DNA of 64,000 nt from Octopus bimaculoides (Eukaryota), in the NCBI RefSeq assembly GCF_001194135.2, contig NC_069006.1, positions 3,778,459-3,842,458 of the forward strand, read 5' to 3'. This document shows, in pieces, positions 1-14,410 of this stretch (within the stretch, counting starts at the first letter, position 1; every line of letters starts with the position of its first letter). Below the pieces are notes generated by a model that did no database searches, was not told the DNA's origin, and saw only the letters and a program-made list of their open reading frames with translations. The translations under genes were made by a program, and so were the position numbers.

Positions 1-371
1 AGACATAAATTTGGTAAGGGGAGGGGGGACTGGAGTTGTTCCAGTTCAGTAATCTGTTGATATAACTAAATCTGAAGAGATTTCAAAAATCAGTCGTAAT
101 TACCTCTGTAAATATTCTATAGAAACTGAATTTTAGATAAATATCTTCTTTCAAATTTTTAAACTAAACTTAACTAAACTCATTGAAAAAGAAAATAAAG
201 TCTACTCTTTCACCTTTTATGATGAACATTCTAAAATATATTTTAGTTTTCATCATAGATTTTGAATTGTTAACAAATTTGTTGCAAGAAGATGCTTTAG
301 CATTGTTTTCAAACCACAAATTTGTAACTGAATGTTTAAAGAAATGTTCCAACTCAAATGCTTACAAATGA

Positions 372-435
372 ATTAACAGTTAATACATCAAAACTTCATT
401 AACAGTTAATACATCAAAACTTCATTGACAGTTAA
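372..435. repeat. 26-bp tandem repeat, about 2.4 copies
   Basis: ATTAACAGTTAATACATCAAAACTTC at 372 and 398, with a partial copy at 424. Confidence 0.9.
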
Positions 436-2010
436 CGATACCAATCCCTGTCCTTTTTTGGAATGAGGAGTGAGTGGGGAGTAGGTGACAATAGACATAA
501 TTTAAATATTTACACCAGCCACTTTTAGCAAGGAAAGTCTGCATCTAAGGACATTCTTCTACACAACTGTATCTTCAGTTTCACTCAGCTAAAAAGGAAC
601 ACTGTTTATTTACATCAGTTTACACAGCATTTATTTTGGAACTACTTCAGATATTCAATGTAGATATGGTTGATGATAATAATAATAATACATGTTGCAT
701 CAGAGAGAAGAGGAGAGATGGTGGTAATATGGCTTATTCCACGGCAACAGAACCTATAGTGGAGGTTAATTAAATAACACTGATTCCAGTGTATTAAGGA
801 TACTTTTATTAGCCACTGAGGGATGAAAAGTGAAACCAATTTCTGTTTAATTTGAACTTGGGATACAAAAACTTAAAACAAAATTTAGCAGAACGCTTAG
901 CTTTCAACTGTTTTCTAGATACTACAGCACCAACTGTCCTACAAACACACTACCCCTGACACAACAGCAACATCAATAACTTTTTAGTCACATGATTTGT
1001 AAGGAAGGAATACCATTAATACTCCTGTACAAATGGTATTCATTTTATCACCTTCAAAGATAAATCAGATACAGTGGGACATGAACACTGACTGTAAGCT
1101 GAATATCCCACAGATTTGCCATGCTATTCCATTGGTACAAGCCCCACAGAGAACAAATATTAACCCCTTTTTTTTTATTATCTGATCAGCCCAAAAGGAT
1201 GAAAAACAAAAGGCAGCTTTGATGAGATCTGAACTCAGGGCAAGCACACAAGTGATTGGAGAGAAATGATTTCTAGATATATTTGATATTTCAAGATATA
1301 TTCTAGATATAGCCCCAGAGAGACAAGAGGTAGAAAGTTAGCTTCCAGTGGAAAGTCAACCTCCAGGAAGATGAAAAACAAAGTCAATACCGGCAAGATC
1401 TGAATCTGAAGATAAAGGGCTATAACAGAATAATTTGCGAAATAGGATTAATAATATTGATAATAAAAATAACTTTCTAGAGGCACAAGGCTTGAAATAA
1501 TAATAAGCCTTTGATATAAATTTTCTCCAAATAGGTGAGTGTGTATGTGTGTGTATAAACTGCATAGAGTTGGGTATTTTCTTGAATTTATATTTATTTT
1601 TTTTAATAGAAATAACCATTTTATGTGAGTTAATTAGACAACACTGCTGAATAATTAACTGTGATATTATGCTTTCTGCACTATAGCTGAAAATTCATCT
1701 CAACTCTCTCCCGCTACTACGCAGTAAAATGACTTTAGCTGTAGCATATTAAACCACCACCACAGATACAGAAATAGCTGCATTCAACACAATTCTATAT
1801 TAGCAAAGAAATGTCATTGATTAGAAGAATAGCTTACAATCACCAGAGAAGACTTTAATTATTCAACTTCTCTCTCTCTNNNNNNNNNNCTCTTTCTCTC
1901 TCTGGTGAATGTATGCAGCACACACACACAATAGAAGTTTTAACAAAAATGAATAGAGAATGTACACAAGTTAATAATAGACCAAGCATAAATTAACAGC
2001 AAGCAACAAT

Positions 2011-2064
<54 letters not shown>

Positions 2065-3381
2065 GTTGAAACAATTGACTATTCTTCACACTTCACAGTA
2101 TTGCTATAAAGGAGATGAAGAGGGGGGACTGGATTTTTTTAATTGGTCTTTTTTTTCATTACAAGGTTGGGAATTAGAGATATTACTGCCAGGAATATCA
2201 GGAATATGTGATACTATGATCTCTAAGACCCCAATCCTTTTGGTTATATGAGAGTGCTAATAAAACACTCAGCCACACAGATGGAAACGTACTTTACATA
2301 CAGACACGACAACAGTACTTTTACATAACACATGCACAGAGAGTGTGTGTGTGTGTGTGTGTGTGTGGACATTCAAATGAATGCACATAAGTATATAGAC
2401 AGAGATGAGTGAATATATTTATTGATTTCACTTGGAGGAGGCTAATGTCATGGGCCTTTGCAAGACAATTTGAGGAGGAGTGGGGTTGAAATGGAAAATG
2501 AAATTGTCTCCTCACCTCTTCTCCATCTCTCGTTAACACATCATTCTTCTTTCCAATGATTACAATTATTATTATGCTTCTAGCAGCACAATATGTGTTC
2601 GTGTATATATGTATGTATGTATGTATATATATATATATAAATGTGTGTATGTGAGTGTAATATATATATATATATACTACACAAACATATATACATTTAT
2701 AAACACACATTCATATACATGCGTATTTATATGTATATACGCATACAATACATACACATATACACACATGTATATGCACACATACATATATACACGCAAA
2801 AATATATATATGTATATACACATACATTCACATACATGCATATGTGCATATACACATATATACACACATACATGCATATATGTATATGCACATATACACA
2901 CACACACACGCATATATATATATATATATATATACATATATATATACATATATACATATATACATACATATATACATACATATATATATATATACCACAC
3001 ACACAGAGGAAAATATAAATTATTTATAAACAATTATGAGAAATTAATTTAATGTATGTAAGGTGTCATTAGGGGTGGGGTATACAAGAATTAAGATGTG
3101 ATGCTCATGCCTTTCTGAATGACAGTAACACCACATAAATATCTGGCACCAATGCAACTAATAGCTCTAATAATAATAATAATAATGATGATGATAACTG
3201 ATAATAATAATAAAGCTGCTGGTAATGGAAAGAAACTTGGACATAAAAGAATGAGTCATTCTCTGAGTGAGCTGGTGAAGTGAGGGAAGAAAGGTGTCTA
3301 GCTAGGAGCCAAGCTGCTATTACAACACTAACAATAGAACAAGCGACCAGGATTTACAGCTAAAAGCTTCTCAGAGAAGAA

Positions 3382-3421
<40 letters not shown>

Positions 3422-3639
3422 CACCAGCTGGACAACTAACATGGCAAATACCTGCTGCCCTCTATTTTGTTACAATGGATTTTGTTTATTATTACGTTTC
3501 AGAAGACAGACAGTATCAGCACAAACGGTTTAAGCTGCACCACAACACAACACACCACACCACACCACACCACCACAATCACACCATGAGCAGAAGACAA
3601 ACTATATTCAACGCACACACCACAGATAACACTCATATA

Positions 3640-3768
3640 CAACCTTTTCTACACATTGCAGTTTAATATGTGATTATGTATACATGCATAACAAGCTATA
3701 CCTACAGTACGTGTGGTTATTATATACACACATACAGCAGCACCTATACACTAATTTCAGATGTGATG

Positions 3769-3812
<44 letters not shown>

Positions 3813-4112
3813 CAGTTTAATCTACAATACAAACACACACATACAGTATAGTTTAATGTGTATTACACACACACCACACATATACACAAACCAGTTTAAT
3901 ATGCATTATACACACATCGCAATTTAACTTTGCACACCACACATACCACAGATTTGTATATTATACACATACATCACAATTTAATGTCTACTATATTTAT
4001 ATACACACTGTAGTCGAATGTATGTTATATACACACAGTTTAATATATATTAATACACACACAGAGAGTTTTATACAGTTTAATATATATTAATACACAG
4101 TTTTATATATAT

Positions 4113-4146
<34 letters not shown>

Positions 4147-4240
4147 AGTTTAATGTATATTACACACACATACATATAGTTTAATGTGTATTACACACAT
4201 TCACACATTCCACGTTATAATGTGTATTACACACACTCTC
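3640..4240. repeat. Degenerate minisatellite (CAGTTTAATGTGTATTA-(CA)n units)
   Basis: More than 15 diverged copies of CAGTTTAAT(A/G)T(G/A)TATTA are each followed by variable CA/TA runs. Confidence 0.75.
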
Positions 4241-5388
4241 AAAACCATGCAATGTTAAAAATGGTGCCACATAAATGTGAGAAGAATGAGGTGCCAGTCT
4301 CAAATGTTAAATATTCAAGTCATTTTATATGTTGCAAAGAATCAAATAAAAGTTCACTTCACATATTACTTGGCAAGCAGCAATTATTTAGAAAGCTACA
4401 ACGCAATAAATGCAACTGCTGCAGTGTGCAGCATGTAGCTTACACTAACAGAACCCAGATGACCTAATTAGATAATTAAATAATTTGGAAGCAGCATGCT
4501 ATATAACTGATTAAAATGTCTCCTAGTATTTAACTGGTACTCATCAACCCAAGTGGGATGTGGACTAAGAACACACACATGTTTAAGGTATGTGGTCCAT
4601 TGCTTAGGGATCTTTTATGAAAGCCCAAAAGATCAGGGATGGGAGATCAGACAGACTTAACAGGGAAATCTATGACAGAGTTCACAACAGCATGACAACA
4701 GTGTAAAAGTAGCATGGCAGTATGACGTTAGTAGCATGGCAGTATGATGGAGCAGTGTGACATAAGTCTAAGAATAATGTTATATATATATTATACACAC
4801 ACACACACACACACATGTACATACATACATCAATTAGTGTCATTATCATTATTTTAAACATTCACTTTTTCATCCTCACATGGATTGGGCAGAATTTATT
4901 GAGGCAGAACACCTATGGCCAGGTACTCCTGTTGCCAACCAATGCAATTATTTCCCCATAACAAAACATGCTTTCATGGAAGACCGGAAACAAAGGACGC
5001 GGCTTGCATGTTGGTGGCACTCATTTACAACTATCACCTGATATCACAACAAAGAGAAACACACACACAGATAGAGACAAACAGACAGATAACTATATTT
5101 GTATGATGAGCTTTGTTTAGCTTCCATCTATGAAATCCACTCACAAGGCTTTGGTTGGCCTGGGGTTAAAGTAGAAGACACTTGCCCATGGTGCTACAAG
5201 GTGGGACTGAACCCAGAACCATGTGGTTGGGAAGCAAACTTTTATATATATATATATATATATATATACACGCACGTGCGCACGCACACACAGTATGTAA
5301 CATTAATGTAGCAATGTAACATTTTTGTACAACAGAAGGGTCGCACAGTAAGACATTGATGTAGCAGTGTGGCAGTAGGGAAGTTTTA

Positions 5389-5428
<40 letters not shown>

Positions 5429-5824
5429 TGCACGCACGCACGCACACACACACACCGAGTAAAGCAAGCACATGACCAGATATGAGTCAGCTTGCTGTTT
5501 TATTATGTACTAAAACACCTGCTGCTAGTTGGGTGCATTCAGCAGATTTAACCAGATTAACAGATTAAAAGAAAGTAAGATAGAAAAACACTGCAGTTAC
5601 AAGCTCCATGGCTTTAAGCTGTCCTGGAGGCATATTTACTATGGAGGAGAGATAACGTGGTACAGGCTCTGTCACTTACAATCATACAGATTGTGGGGCT
5701 AAGAGGTGTTTCAGTCACTTTCTGATTGGTTCATCTCTCATTAACACACCACAGCCACACAACTGCACTAGTCACATTACCAAAATCACAACACAGAAAG
5801 ATTTTTAAACAACTTCAGCAAATC

Positions 5825-6130
5825 TAATATTTAGACAACAGTGACTATAAAAACTCAGAGAACACTATATAACTATTTAGACAATGTTGACTACAATGTA
5901 GACAACACCGACACTAAAATATGTAGACAACATTGGCACTATAAATATTTAGATACCGCTGACTTTATAAAAGCCCAGACAACACTGACTTTATAAAAGC
6001 CCAGACAACACTGACTTTATAAATAGACAATACTGATTATATATGATGCAAACTATATACAAGTGTAATAAATATGTAGACAATGCTGACTATATAAATA
6101 TGGAGACAACATTCACTATATAAATATTTA
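5825..6130. repeat. Minisatellite of about 25-30 bp (AGACAACACTGACTATAAA)
   Basis: There are about 10 diverged copies. Near-identical adjacent units CCCAGACAACACTGACTTTATAAA lie at about 5974-6023. Confidence 0.8.
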
Positions 6131-6329
6131 TATACTGGTAAAATCATGACATTTAAGCATTCTAAATGTGTAAAGATGCAAGCAAGGTGAATTGCTCAAA
6201 AGTTCAATTCACAGTCAAGAGGTCTTGGGTTCAATTACTTTGCACAGCACTGTGAGCTCATATTTCTTACCATTGCTCCACTTCAACTAAAGCCTCACAT
6301 TTTTGGGGTCATTGTTGCATTTTTTTTGC

Positions 6330-6968
6330 TGTATAATCTTTGTTTCAGAAAATAACAATAGCAGACCCTCAGCTTACTCAAGAAATGAAGGGGCATGCTG
6401 ATATTGTGATTATAAAGGTTCAGCATGGTGATTTAGAAATATGTCAATTTTTAAAAGTTGCCAGATCTTTCGTCTACAAAGTTTGTAAGGAGCTAAAGAC
6501 TGAAGATGGAAACGTATCACCAGTATCAAAGCATAAAAAAGCATTCTAAATGCTCTGAAATCATCAGAATACCTGAATTTATCCAGCAAGTTCACCAGAC
6601 CACTGATTAGAATCCAAGAAAATCCATGAGGTCAATTGCAAAAGATCTCCATGTGGCAGAAGTAACAGTCAGAAATGTTATCCACGAAGATATCAGATAT
6701 AAGTCTTATATGATGAGGAAAGGTCAATTTGTCAGAAAAACCAAAGGAAAATCACTTCACCAGATTTAAAAGGCTCTTAAACAAACTGAAAAATCCAGTA
6801 GAAGAAAATTCGATTTGGTTTTCCTCAAACAAGACAAATTTCCACCAAGATCAAATAATTAATGGAAGAAATGACAGATGGTGATATGCAAAGCATTCTG
6901 AACTCCCAAGTCTTTATGCATACAAAATTTCCTGCAACTGTCATGGGTTTAAGGGTTGTCGGCAATGT
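6330..6968 (+). mobile_element. Decayed Tc1/mariner transposase fragment (maT/Bmmar1, DD37D-like)
   Basis: Across frameshifts and stops it reads HGDLEICQFLKVARSFVYKVCKEL, NPRKSMRSIAKDLHVAEVTVRNVIHEDIRYKSY (HTH region), RLLNKLKNP, WFSSNKTNFHQDQIINGRNDRW and HTKFPATVMGLRVVGN. These resemble maT-type transposase motifs. The fragment is truncated at a microsatellite and N-gap. Confidence 0.75.
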
Positions 6969-7422
6969 ATATCTGTATATGTATGTATACATATTCATAC
7001 ATACACATATATAANNNNNNNNNNNNNNNNNNNNNNNNNNNNNNNNNNNNNNNNNNNNNNNNNNNNNNNNNNNNNNNNNNNNNNNNNNNNNNNNNNNNNN
7101 NNNNNNNNNNNNNNATATATACATACATATACACACACACACATTTGTGACTAGAGTGTCAGCTAGATCACCAGTCACTGTGGTGGTGGTGGTGGTGGTG
7201 GTGGTGATGCAGGATTAATTACTATGGGCTGATACCATGTGACAACAGGACAATATTCTGGTCACCTGATTCTCTAAGGAATGTGGTTGCAATGTGAATA
7301 ACCAGCTAAAGACTTGCTAAACATTCTTTAGAAAGAGTCAATCCAGTGTGTATGCATCATAGAAAAGTCACTTTATTAACCTGTCCAGGAGCCAACACAC
7401 TACATAAAGACAATTCTCTCAT

Positions 7423-7456
<34 letters not shown>

Positions 7457-8429
7457 ACCAGAAGTTGCCAGAGCAACAGAAGCAGCTGCCCAAATTTAGG
7501 TGGCCTTTTTCTTTGTTTTTTTTTTTTTTCCCCTGTTTCATAGATATATAATTATCAACACAGGTAGACAGCAAAAGAGGAGACCTGAGAAAAAAACAAC
7601 CAGCGAAAAGAAATACGTAGAGACAGCCATGTGAAAAAAACTAATTAACTGAAGGCAAAATGCAGCCTTTATTAGGTGAAATCATATTCTTAACAAAACA
7701 TCCAACTGGTTATAAAATATAGAAATTGAAATGGTTATACAAGTGGTGTGGGGTGCACACAGGCATGTGCAGGCAGGTCCAGCCTCACTGCATGGCACCA
7801 TGGCTGGGTGTCTTCTGAGGTGGCTCTAGGCTGACTAAGGCCCTGTAAATGGATTTGGTGGACAGAAATCAAAGGAGACCCATTGTGTGTGTGTGTGTGT
7901 GCATGGCTGTGTGATTAAGAACTTTGCTTAGCAAACCTTATGACTTCAAGTTCAGTCCCAGTATGTGACACCTTGGGTAGATGTCTTCTACTATAGCCCT
8001 AGGCCATGAGTGGATTTGATGGGCAGAAACTGGAAGATTTGTGTGCACACACATAGATAGACATCAGGCTACATGTTTCATAGCCAGCAGAACCTCAGAA
8101 GTAGTAATTATTCAAACGAGGGGTAATCCACTAGCTAGTCATCGTGCCAAAGATACCTTAATCAAAAGAAGCTTACATTGTCATTAAGGGATCCCATGTT
8201 GACTCGCATGCATTTCTATTCGCATGCACAGCAACCCCTGCTGCTGATTGTAAGCTATAAAACAATTTTTTTTAGTTTATCAAACTTCAATATGGGAAAA
8301 ATTTACAACCTTCTAAGTCAATAAACCACCATTTTTCCTGAAAGTTGGTTTTTTTATACCTTCTATGGACTGCCAGAAGTTTACTGTCTTCCTACACTTT
8401 GATCCTTGGATCTTACTTTTATATATATG

Positions 8430-8468
<39 letters not shown>

Positions 8469-8769
8469 TGAAATCCCAAGATACACTGTCTTAAAATAAG
8501 CCAAGATGGCCATGGTTAGAATGTCTTTGATCATAAACCTGATTGTTCTAGACTAACTAACCTTGGGCTCAACAAGATAACACTTCAAATAAAATCACCT
8601 TATCAACTTTAGTAACCTAAGAAATAATAATCTATATTTCAAACATGGATATGTCAAGGAGTGGATTAATTGAATCAAAGCGTTTTTTTTTTTTTTTCCT
8701 TCTTATATACTACTTCATGTAAATGAATATAATTATTCCATCTGGGTTAATAAAATTAACAACCTTCGT

Positions 8770-8811
<42 letters not shown>

Positions 8812-9376
8812 AACACTATTATCAGTTGCTAGACTATTCATTTGACCTAATTCCTGCCATTCACCCAGCACAAACAACAAAACCAACTTTCAAAGTGGGT
8901 ATGACACATAACATAGAAGACACACAACATAGAAGATCTAGGAACGGACAATTAACAAGGCTGATGGTACAAAAAGTAGACAGCTAGAAATTATTACTGA
9001 TATTAAATACTGGTCTGGAGAGAAACCAAAATTTGCAGCTTTAAGAGCAAATTATTTCTAGCACTGGAGTATAGACATATATGAAGAGGAATTCAAAGGC
9101 TTCTATACAATGCTTTTAGTCCATGTAAACGACTGCATGTCTTGCATATAAGCTTTCTAGTGCATATAAAAAGATTTCATGTATTGTATAGAAGCCTTCT
9201 AGTGTATTACAAAAGGTTGAAAAATCATGTCTACAATATTTTTAAAATACTCACGTGCTAACAGTTTCAATTCAACACTACATAGTTGTTCTATATACAA
9301 CACAAGAACAGAGTTATAGGGATTTTGAGCCAACATAACAATTGTAACTGTAAAAGGAAACAAAGGGTTAAAGTAA

Positions 9377-9611
9377 GGTGCTGAGCTGGCAGAATCGTTA
9401 GCACGCCAGGCGAAATGCTTAGCGGTATTTCGTCTGTCGCTACGCTCCGAGTTCAAATTCCGCCGAGGTCAACCCTGCCTTTCATCCTTTCGGGGTCGAT
9501 TAAATAAGTACCAGTTACGCACTGGGGTCGATATAATCGACTTAATCCGTTTGTCTGTCCTTGTTTGTCCCCTATGTGTGTAGCCCCTTGTGGGCAGTAA
9601 AGAAATAAGAA
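9377..9611 (+). mobile_element. Young tRNA-derived SINE, family A (octopus OK/OR-type architecture)
   Basis: It has an A-box-like TGGCAGAATCGTTAGC, a B-box GAGTTCAAATTCC at 9449-9461, intact CpGs and the 3' tail GTAGCCCCTTGTGGGCAGTAAAGAAATAAG. An older family-A copy follows immediately at 9612-9772. Confidence 0.85.
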
Positions 9612-10857
9612 TCATTAGCATGCTGGGCAAAATGTCTAGAGGTGTTTTATCCAACTTTACGCTCTGAGTTAAAATGCCGCCAGGGTCAACTTTGCCTTCC
9701 ATCCTTTCGGGGTCAATGTAATCGAATTAGCCCCTCTGAAATTGCTGGTCTTGTGCCAAAATTTGAAACCAATATGAAGGATTGAAGTAAGCTGTCTCCA
9801 CACACATTGTACAGACAACTGTTTATAATTGATAACTAACTTACAATACCATATTTGAAGGCTAACCCTAACCCACCATCTTTTTTTTTTCCCTCCAAAA
9901 AAAAAAAAAGTCTCAAAACTATCTTCCCAGATTCTCTACATGTGTTGGGGGCAGATATTACAAGCTTTAATGCACAAATTTTTTTCCTAAATATAAGCAA
10001 CTGAAACAAGGGTGTTTCTAAGATACCTCTGCATCTAATATGCAATCAAATGTGATGCATTATAACAATACCTTTTTGGTTTTTATAACTTCACAAAAGA
10101 GGATGAAGACAGAATTAGGCAGTTGAGCTGTTGAAGTAGGAGTAGTGAGTGCAACTCAAAACAGAGAAAAGGAAAAATGTTTGAGAAAGATGTAGTAGAC
10201 CTGGTTGAGAGGGACTACTGTATCTTTCCGGGGTGCAATCAAATGGGTTAGATAAAGCAGATAGGATAGAGTTTAACAAGAAAAGCAAAAGGCCACTCTG
10301 TAATGGCAGCAAGAGAGAGATAAAGAGTAGACAATCGTTAAATTGAAGCTTGCCATTCAGATGAGAGGATTGCTTTTGTAAGTGTGTGTGTGTGTGTGTG
10401 TTCATATATTCCAGCTATTTGAGCAGCACTCTAGTGTAACATCTAATTATAACTTCTAAATGGTGAGTAGCTAGTAAAAGCTAAAGTATTTTCTGTCTGG
10501 GGAAATGAATGTTTTCAGTCGATATCAAAAGTTCAAGGTGCTTTCAAAATACATGCACGCACACGAACACACACACACACATTAGTAAAATAGACCTCTT
10601 ACATTGTTCCTAAGACAGTAGAGCAATAAAATAAATATGTCGCAATATTTAGTTTCGTCTTGCTAGATTCTTAAGTTCAAATTCAACCAGAGTTGACTCT
10701 CCCTTTTACTCTAGTGGTGTTAGTCATCAAAGAAACAATGGAGTTTTCATTTATTGTACTTTTACACAAACTTGGCTTTGTATCAAACAAATGAATTTAA
10801 TTTAATAAAGTATTCATAAATCACATTACACAGTAAAACAAAAAAAAAAAACAGTTG

Positions 10858-10907
<50 letters not shown>

Positions 10908-11380
10908 TTGTTGTTGTCCCTATAACCTTGCATGCATGGATGCTGTCTACTTCCTGTTTATCATACTGACTTTTAGGGTAAACAGTCTCATTTTCTGAAA
11001 TATCCATATACTTTACACAATAGCAAACATTTCTGTTTAAAATAACAAATAGAGTAGACAGAGAGATTCTTACAATGTGAAAAGGGAACGTTCAATCACT
11101 TGTAGTATATACTTCAGACACAAAGACCCATCATCACAAGTTAACAGATTAACCCTTTTGATACCAACCCATCTGAAATTTCCCCCCTGGATCTATTCCA
11201 CATTTCAAATTGATCTAAATTAAAACCTTCCATCAAAATTCCACGTTAATTTATGTTCTAAACACCAGCTTAATATTGACCTCCCTTGCAAATGCTACAC
11301 AGACACGATCTGTGTGTCGATAGCCAACTGGAAAAGATATTTTCCTGGGGCTAAAACAACAGTAACATTGTCCTTTACAG

Positions 11381-11649
11381 CAGTGCTACACTAAGTGGTA
11401 GTCCTTAGACTGGTGCCAGTCTGTGAGCCACCAGCTGCCAGTACGCAGTGAGTTTCCAGAAAAGAAAGAAACATTATAAAATGCTTACGAAATATTATAT
11501 AATTTGTTTACAAAATAAATAAGATTTTAAAAATTGTCAACTTTTATTATATTCATTAAATATATTGTTTCTGGTACAAATTAATATTACCTGGCACATT
11601 GAGGGGAAAAACTGCTGGTACACCACATCTGATAGTTTGAGAAGCACTG
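11381..11649. mobile_element. hAT-type MITE (269 bp) with an 8-bp target-site duplication
   Basis: The termini are CAGTGCT (11381) and AGCACTG (11643-11649). The identical 8-mer CTTTACAG flanks both sides (11373-11380 and 11650-11657). An 8-bp TSD with CAG termini is typical of hAT elements. Confidence 0.85.
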
Positions 11650-11931
11650 CTTTACAGGACTGCCACATTCTGTTGGCACATCAAAAGCATTATGTTCCAA
11701 CAAAAATACGGTAACAAAGAGGTTAAAGAAATATATGTAGATCGTCAGTATTTCATAAAACATGTATCAATAATGATTAGTTTGGGTTATGTGGAAGCAG
11801 TCATGCCTTTTCCCTATCTTATTTCAACTGTTAGTCACCAACTACGAATTACACTCGTTAAACACCAATACCAACTGACATGGTTGTCTTTGAGCTGAGA
11901 GAGAGAGATAGAGAGAGAGAGATAGAGAGAT

Positions 11932-12048
<117 letters not shown>

Positions 12049-12124
12049 GAGAGATTAAGGACAGGTAAAAGAAAGACAACTGTTATAATGTAGAACAATT
12101 TGAAACTACGAATGAGGTTTGTTT

Positions 12125-12263
12125 CCAGCTTGCTTTGCAACCACATGGTTTCAAGTTCAGTCCCACTGCAGGGCATCTTGAGCAAATGTTTCAAGTGTTT
12201 TCTGCTACAGCTCTGGCCTGACCAATGTAAGTGAACTTGGTAGATGGAAACTGTAAAAGCCAT

Positions 12264-12317
<54 letters not shown>

Positions 12318-12497
12318 CCTACCACATGACAACCAGTGACGGTTTGTTTACATCCCTGTAATTTAATGATTTGACAAGAGAACAATAGTAAGTACCAGAC
12401 TTAAAAAAAAGAAGTTCTGGGTTCGATTTGTATGACTAAACCATTCAAGGTGGTGCCCCAGCATGGCCAGGGTCCAATGACTGAAACAAGTAAAAGA
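12125..12497 (+). mobile_element. tRNA-headed SINE family B with an internal (TG)n tract; representative copy
   Basis: It has the head GGTTTCAAGTTCAGTCCCACTGC...CTTGAGCAA, a central (TG)n and the tail AAGTACCAG...CCCCAGCATGGCC...GACTGAAACAAGTAAAAGA. Other copies: 7880-8040 (+), 19187-19535 (-), 21820-22000 (+), 24460-24570 (+), 26690-27035 (-), 28190-28510, 29230-29680 (-), 33490-33600 and 33860-33990 (-), 46410-46770 (+), 50320-50392 (+), 52535-52775 (-), 57295-57650 (-), 60040-60330 (-). Confidence 0.8.
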
Positions 12498-12874
12498 TGA
12501 ACACAGGCACCAATAAAACAAGCTTTCTCTAGCAACTGGAGTACTTGGTTGCAAGCACAACTTGCCAAGGACTTACTGCACACACATACACACTTTCTTT
12601 ATCTCACATTAAGAGGCAAAAAGTACAATTTCTTCAACTCACTCACATCACATCCTAATCTGAACAACATGGGTGTTATTTCAGTACAAAAGTGTTTAAG
12701 TTCCTGCCACTACAATCATACAATACAATTCATTCAGTTTTGCAAAGGAAGCGAAGTGTTGTTCTGAGAAAACAAAGACGTTTTGAATAATAGTAATAAT
12801 AATTTTATTGTACAAGTTGTGAAATAAGTATAATTGCACATCTTTGAAAGAAAAAAGAAAATTTTGAAGTTTAA

Positions 12875-13084
12875 CCCTTTAGCATTCACATTAGTCTGTC
12901 AAAATTTATTCATATTGCTTTGAATTAATTATGTAATTATCTTGTAGCTTTGAGATTTTGATAAAGTAACTGTTGATTCTTAGAATGGCATTATCAGGTT
13001 GGTGTGAGAGGCAGGTCTGGTCACTTTGTACATAAAACAAGTAGAATATTTTGGCTGGATATGGACAGTTTAAATGTTAAAAGG
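12875..13084. mobile_element. piggyBac-like MITE
   Basis: TTAA|CCCTTTAGCATTCA at 12871 and an imperfect inverted end TAAATGTTAAAAGG|TTAA at 13071-13088. A TTAA target with CCCT termini fits piggyBac. Confidence 0.6.
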
Positions 13085-13239
13085 TTAAATATTAACAGGG
13101 TAACTTGGTAATTTATCCTTCTCTAAAGAATTTAATTTGTACAAGATTCAATGTAAACTATTTAACTTAAACCCCAATAAAATGGATGACTTTGTGTCTA
13201 TGTAAGAAACTGTTATTATCATTATTTTTCTGCCAAGAT

Positions 13240-14410
13240 TAACTTTACTGTTCATTCTTTTGGGATCAATAAAACAAGTACCAATCAAGCACTGGGGTCA
13301 ATGTAATTGACTTACTTCCCCACCCTCAAAATTGCTGGCCTTGTACCAAAATTTGAAACCATTATTATTATTATTATTATTGTGATAGAGTGAAAGACTC
13401 GTTAGTGCTGCCTCAGACTGTATTTTGTATGGGTCTTTAATTTTCCATGTTCAAATTCCTCCAAGGTCAACTTCGCCTTTTATTCATTCAGGATTGGTAA
13501 AATAATACCAGTTGATCACTAGAGTCAATGTAATCAACTATCCTGCTACCCAAAAATTTCAGGCCTTGCCTCAATAATAGGAGTACTACTGTTATAATTA
13601 CCTCCGCCTTAGCAAAGGCGGAGGTATTGTTTTCAGTCGTATTTGTTTGTTTGTCCATGGACACGATATCTCAAAGAACCACAGAACGGATTTGGATGAA
13701 ACTTTCAGGGATGTCTGGCCTTGTGACTAGCATATGAGCTGATTAGATTTTGGGATCAATCCGGTACCAGACAAGAATTCTGGATTATTTTTCCAGTTTT
13801 TTCTACTTAATTTTTGAGAGTGGTCGGGTTCATTTTTAGTATTCTCATTTGTGAGAGCAGTTGAGTCTATTTCAGATATTCTCATTTTAAAAATCATCAC
13901 TGGCTAATCATTGAGAGGACATTGGTGTTGCCTTGGCAGAGGTTTGTGCTCTCTGAGTGCTCTTATTATTATTATTATTATTGGTGGTGGCGTTGTTGTG
14001 GTAAATTAGAAATACCATTAATGCATCAGACAAAATGCTTTCTAGCATTTCATTTAGGTCTTTAATTTGAGTTCTTTACTTTTCATCCTTTCAGAGGCAA
14101 CTGAAGAAAGTACCAATCAAGAAACTTACCCTCTCCTTTTAAAATGGCTGGCGATGGTGCCAAAATTGGAAAGAATAAAATGAACATTATTATGGAGACA
14201 AGCTGGCAGAATCATGTCAGACAAAAGATATAGTGGTATTTCTTCCAACTCATTATAGTCTAAGTTCAAATTTCAACAAGATTAACTTTTTGTTTTTCAT
14301 CTTTCTGGGGTCAGTAGAATAAAGTACTAGTCAAGTACTGGGAAGGGAGTCAAATGTAATCAATTAACCCCTCCCCACCAAAATTTCAGGCCTTATACCT
14401 ATATTAAAAA
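13240..14410 (+). mobile_element. Cluster of decayed family-A SINEs (about 13240-13375, 13395-13570, 14020-14170, 14200-14410)
   Basis: Each shares the motifs GTTCAAATT, AAGTACCAG, GGGGTCAATGTAAT and AAAATT(G/T)C(T/A)GGCCTTGT with the 9377 copy. Confidence 0.7.
13597..13965 (+). mobile_element. Helentron-associated non-autonomous element (HINE/DINE-1-like)
   Basis: It has a 5' hairpin CCTCCGCCTTAGCAAAGGCGGAGG, a (GTTT)n tract and CGGATTTGGATGAAACTTT. The 3' subterminal repeat GCCTTGGCAGAGG is followed by the hairpin GCTCTCTGAGTGC. This is the HINE architecture. Confidence 0.75.

Noticed and set aside
5825-6130. Repeat-spacer-like appearance suggesting a CRISPR array
   Set aside because: The context is eukaryotic, the units are degenerate, there are no unique spacers of constant length, and there are no cas genes. 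It is a minisatellite.
9377-9465. tRNA-like sequence (also the heads at 60463-60960 and 63320-63393)
   Set aside because: A/B boxes are present, but there is no closed cloverleaf or acceptor stem, and each continues into a SINE body. These are SINE heads, not tRNA genes.
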